A program made the translations under genes and the position numbers. The notes beneath the pieces are model-generated. The model was not told where the DNA came from. It ran no database searches and was given only the letters and a program-made list of their open reading frames with translations. A stretch of DNA of 64,000 bases from NCBI RefSeq assembly GCF_009914755.1, contig NC_060946.1. One strand, given 5' to 3'. Below are positions 60,886-64,000 of the stretch, in pieces; position 1 is the first letter of the stretch, and each line of letters starts with the position of its first letter. This DNA is from the human T2T-CHM13v2.0 reference genome, Homo sapiens.

Positions 60886-62202
60886 ATGGTGCATGGGAGA
60901 AAGAAGGTCACATGTCATTGGTTACTGGGTGCTATGGGGGCCCAGAAGACTAGCTGCCCCATGGAGGCCGGGATCTCATCTGTCTCATTCACCACTCTGA
61001 ACCCAGTGCCTGGCCTGTGGCAGGCCCTCAGTGAATGCTGCGCTGACTGAATGAAGGACGAGTGTGCAGAGCAGGGGTGAAGGTGGTCTCCCACGCAGAC
61101 TCTGTTTGGGGAGTCTGCAACTGCCTATGGTGTGGGGTCTTTGGTTCTGCAGGCTGCTGTTGTGTTTCGACAGGAGTTTACCTGCCATTCCTGCTTCAAG
61201 TGAAGCTTGATGGGAGTCGCTTTTACATAAGACCATTTCATCTATTGTTTGTGTCAGTGTCTATAATACTGGAGGCCATGAAGGGAAGAAGCAAAATTCC
61301 TGAATAAATTGTATGTCTCACCATCAGATCTGTAAACTCATATTGTAATCCGAACATTTAAATTTATAATTGGCCTTGGAGTGTTAAATTTGGAGTTAAA
61401 TGTTTCCTTAATTATCTCAAATTCATGGCATTTCAATCTTTCACTTGGCTTAGTAACTGGTTTTCGTTTTTAGAAACTTTGCTTAGTGTAGTATTTTGGT
61501 AGGTTTTTGTGCTGCGGGACTTTTAAGCTTGTGAAAGGAAGAATCTGGGTTGCAGGAATATCCTATAGATTGTGGCTGCAGCTACCGAGATTGTGTGATG
61601 ATTTAAAAAACAAATCTGCTCAAGTATCCTGAATTCTGTGGAGGAGGATCTGGATGTATAGGCCCACAGCTATGCTTGAAATAGATCCAGCCCTGTGCCC
61701 TAGAGACCCTGCCAGCTCCCAGCTTCTTGTCTTGAGACACTTAGTGTGCAGCCTCATTCCTCTGCCTGGCTCCCTGGGACTCAAGAGATCCCCTTTGTCA
61801 CCAAAGTCATTCAGTGCTGCTGTTTGTCATGGCTATACACAGGGAAGATTTAAACAATACTTACAGATTTTATTTTTTATTTTGGAAATTTTCAAAATAT
61901 ACAAAAATGGAGATGTTGGCGTGATGAAATCCTTGTCCCCATCACCCAGTGTCAACAAGTCTCACCTTAGGGTCAATCAAGGGTCCACACTCAATCAAAT
62001 CCCACCCAACCTTAACTTTCATTTATAAATATTTTAGTACAGTGTGTATCTCTTTAGAGTTTTTTTAAAGTAATCAGAACAGTACCAACATACCTAAAAA
62101 TTTAACAATAATTACTTAATATTATCAAATATCTAGTCAATACTCAAATTTCCCCACTGATTTATAATTTTGTTTATAGTTTCTGGAAGTCAAGATCCTG
62201 AT

Positions 62203-62400
62203 CTTTCTTTCTTTTCTCTTTTTTCTTTCTTTCTCTCTTTCTCTTTCTCCTTCCTTCCCTCTCTTTTTCTCTTTCTTTCTTTTCTTTCCTCTTTTTTCTT
62301 TCTTTCTCTTTTTTCTTTCTTTCTCTTTCTCCTTCCTTCTCTTTCTCTCTCTTTCTTTTTCTTTCTTTCTTTCTCTCTCTCTGTCTTTTTTTTTTTTTTT
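62203..62400. repeat. Pyrimidine-only (TTTC/TC)n tract derived from an Alu tail; Alus follow at 62400-62685, 62750-63000, 63028-63310
   Basis: About 200 bp of almost pure C/T. Confidence 0.9.
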
Positions 62401-62933
62401 TGACAGAGTCTCACTCTGTCACCCAGGCTGGAGTGCAGTGGCGTGATCACAGTTCACTGCGGCTTTTACCTTCTGAGCTCAAGTGATCCTCCCACCTAGC
62501 TCTCCGAAGAGCTGGGACTACAGGCGTGTGCCACCACATCAGGATAATTCTTTTTGAATTTTAGTAAAGACAGGATCTCACTATATTGCCTAGGTTAGTC
62601 TTGAACTCCTGGGCTCAAGTGATCCTCCTGCCTCGACCTTCCAAAGTGTTGCTGGGATTACAGGCATGAGCCACCACACCTGCCTCAAATAACTTTCATA
62701 CATTACAATTGGTTGATATTTCTTCTAATATATATTTATTTATTTTTTGCTGGAGTGCAGTGGCACAATCTCAACTCACTGCAACCTCTGTCTCCTGGGT
62801 TCAAGCGATTCTCCTGCCTCAGCCTCCTGAGTAGCTGGGACTACAGGTGCGAACCACAAAGCCCAGCTAATTTTTGTATTTTTAGTAGAGACGGGGTTTC
62901 ACCATATTGGTCAGGCTGGTCTTGAACTCCTGA

Positions 62934-63998
<1,065 letters not shown>

Positions 63999-64000
63999 GT

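Overview
Primate (human-like) genomic DNA, very Alu-dense, matching the DUSP18-OSBP2 interval of human 22q12. Genes: DUSP18 on the minus strand (single coding exon 2978-3544, CpG-island promoter near 7.4 kb) and OSBP2/ORP4 coding exon 1 on the plus strand (34508-35151), followed by about 29 kb of its intron 1. A 4.5-kb internally deleted HERV-K-class provirus (probably HML-1/HERV-K14 with LTR14A-type LTRs; 15004-19500, minus strand) sits inside an L2 element. The most interesting signal is absent from the ORF track: a decayed three-exon gene on the plus strand (7661-7843, 10892-11006, about 13568-13770) lying head-to-head with DUSP18. Its reconstructed protein resembles, from memory, C5orf52 / mouse 4921536K21Rik, so it looks like the dead ancestral copy of a testis gene that relocated. 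A 140-bp duplicate of its exon 1 inside the DUSP18 intron lets the inactivating mutations be ordered. Repeat subfamily names and homologies are by-eye recognition and need RepeatMasker/BLAST confirmation.
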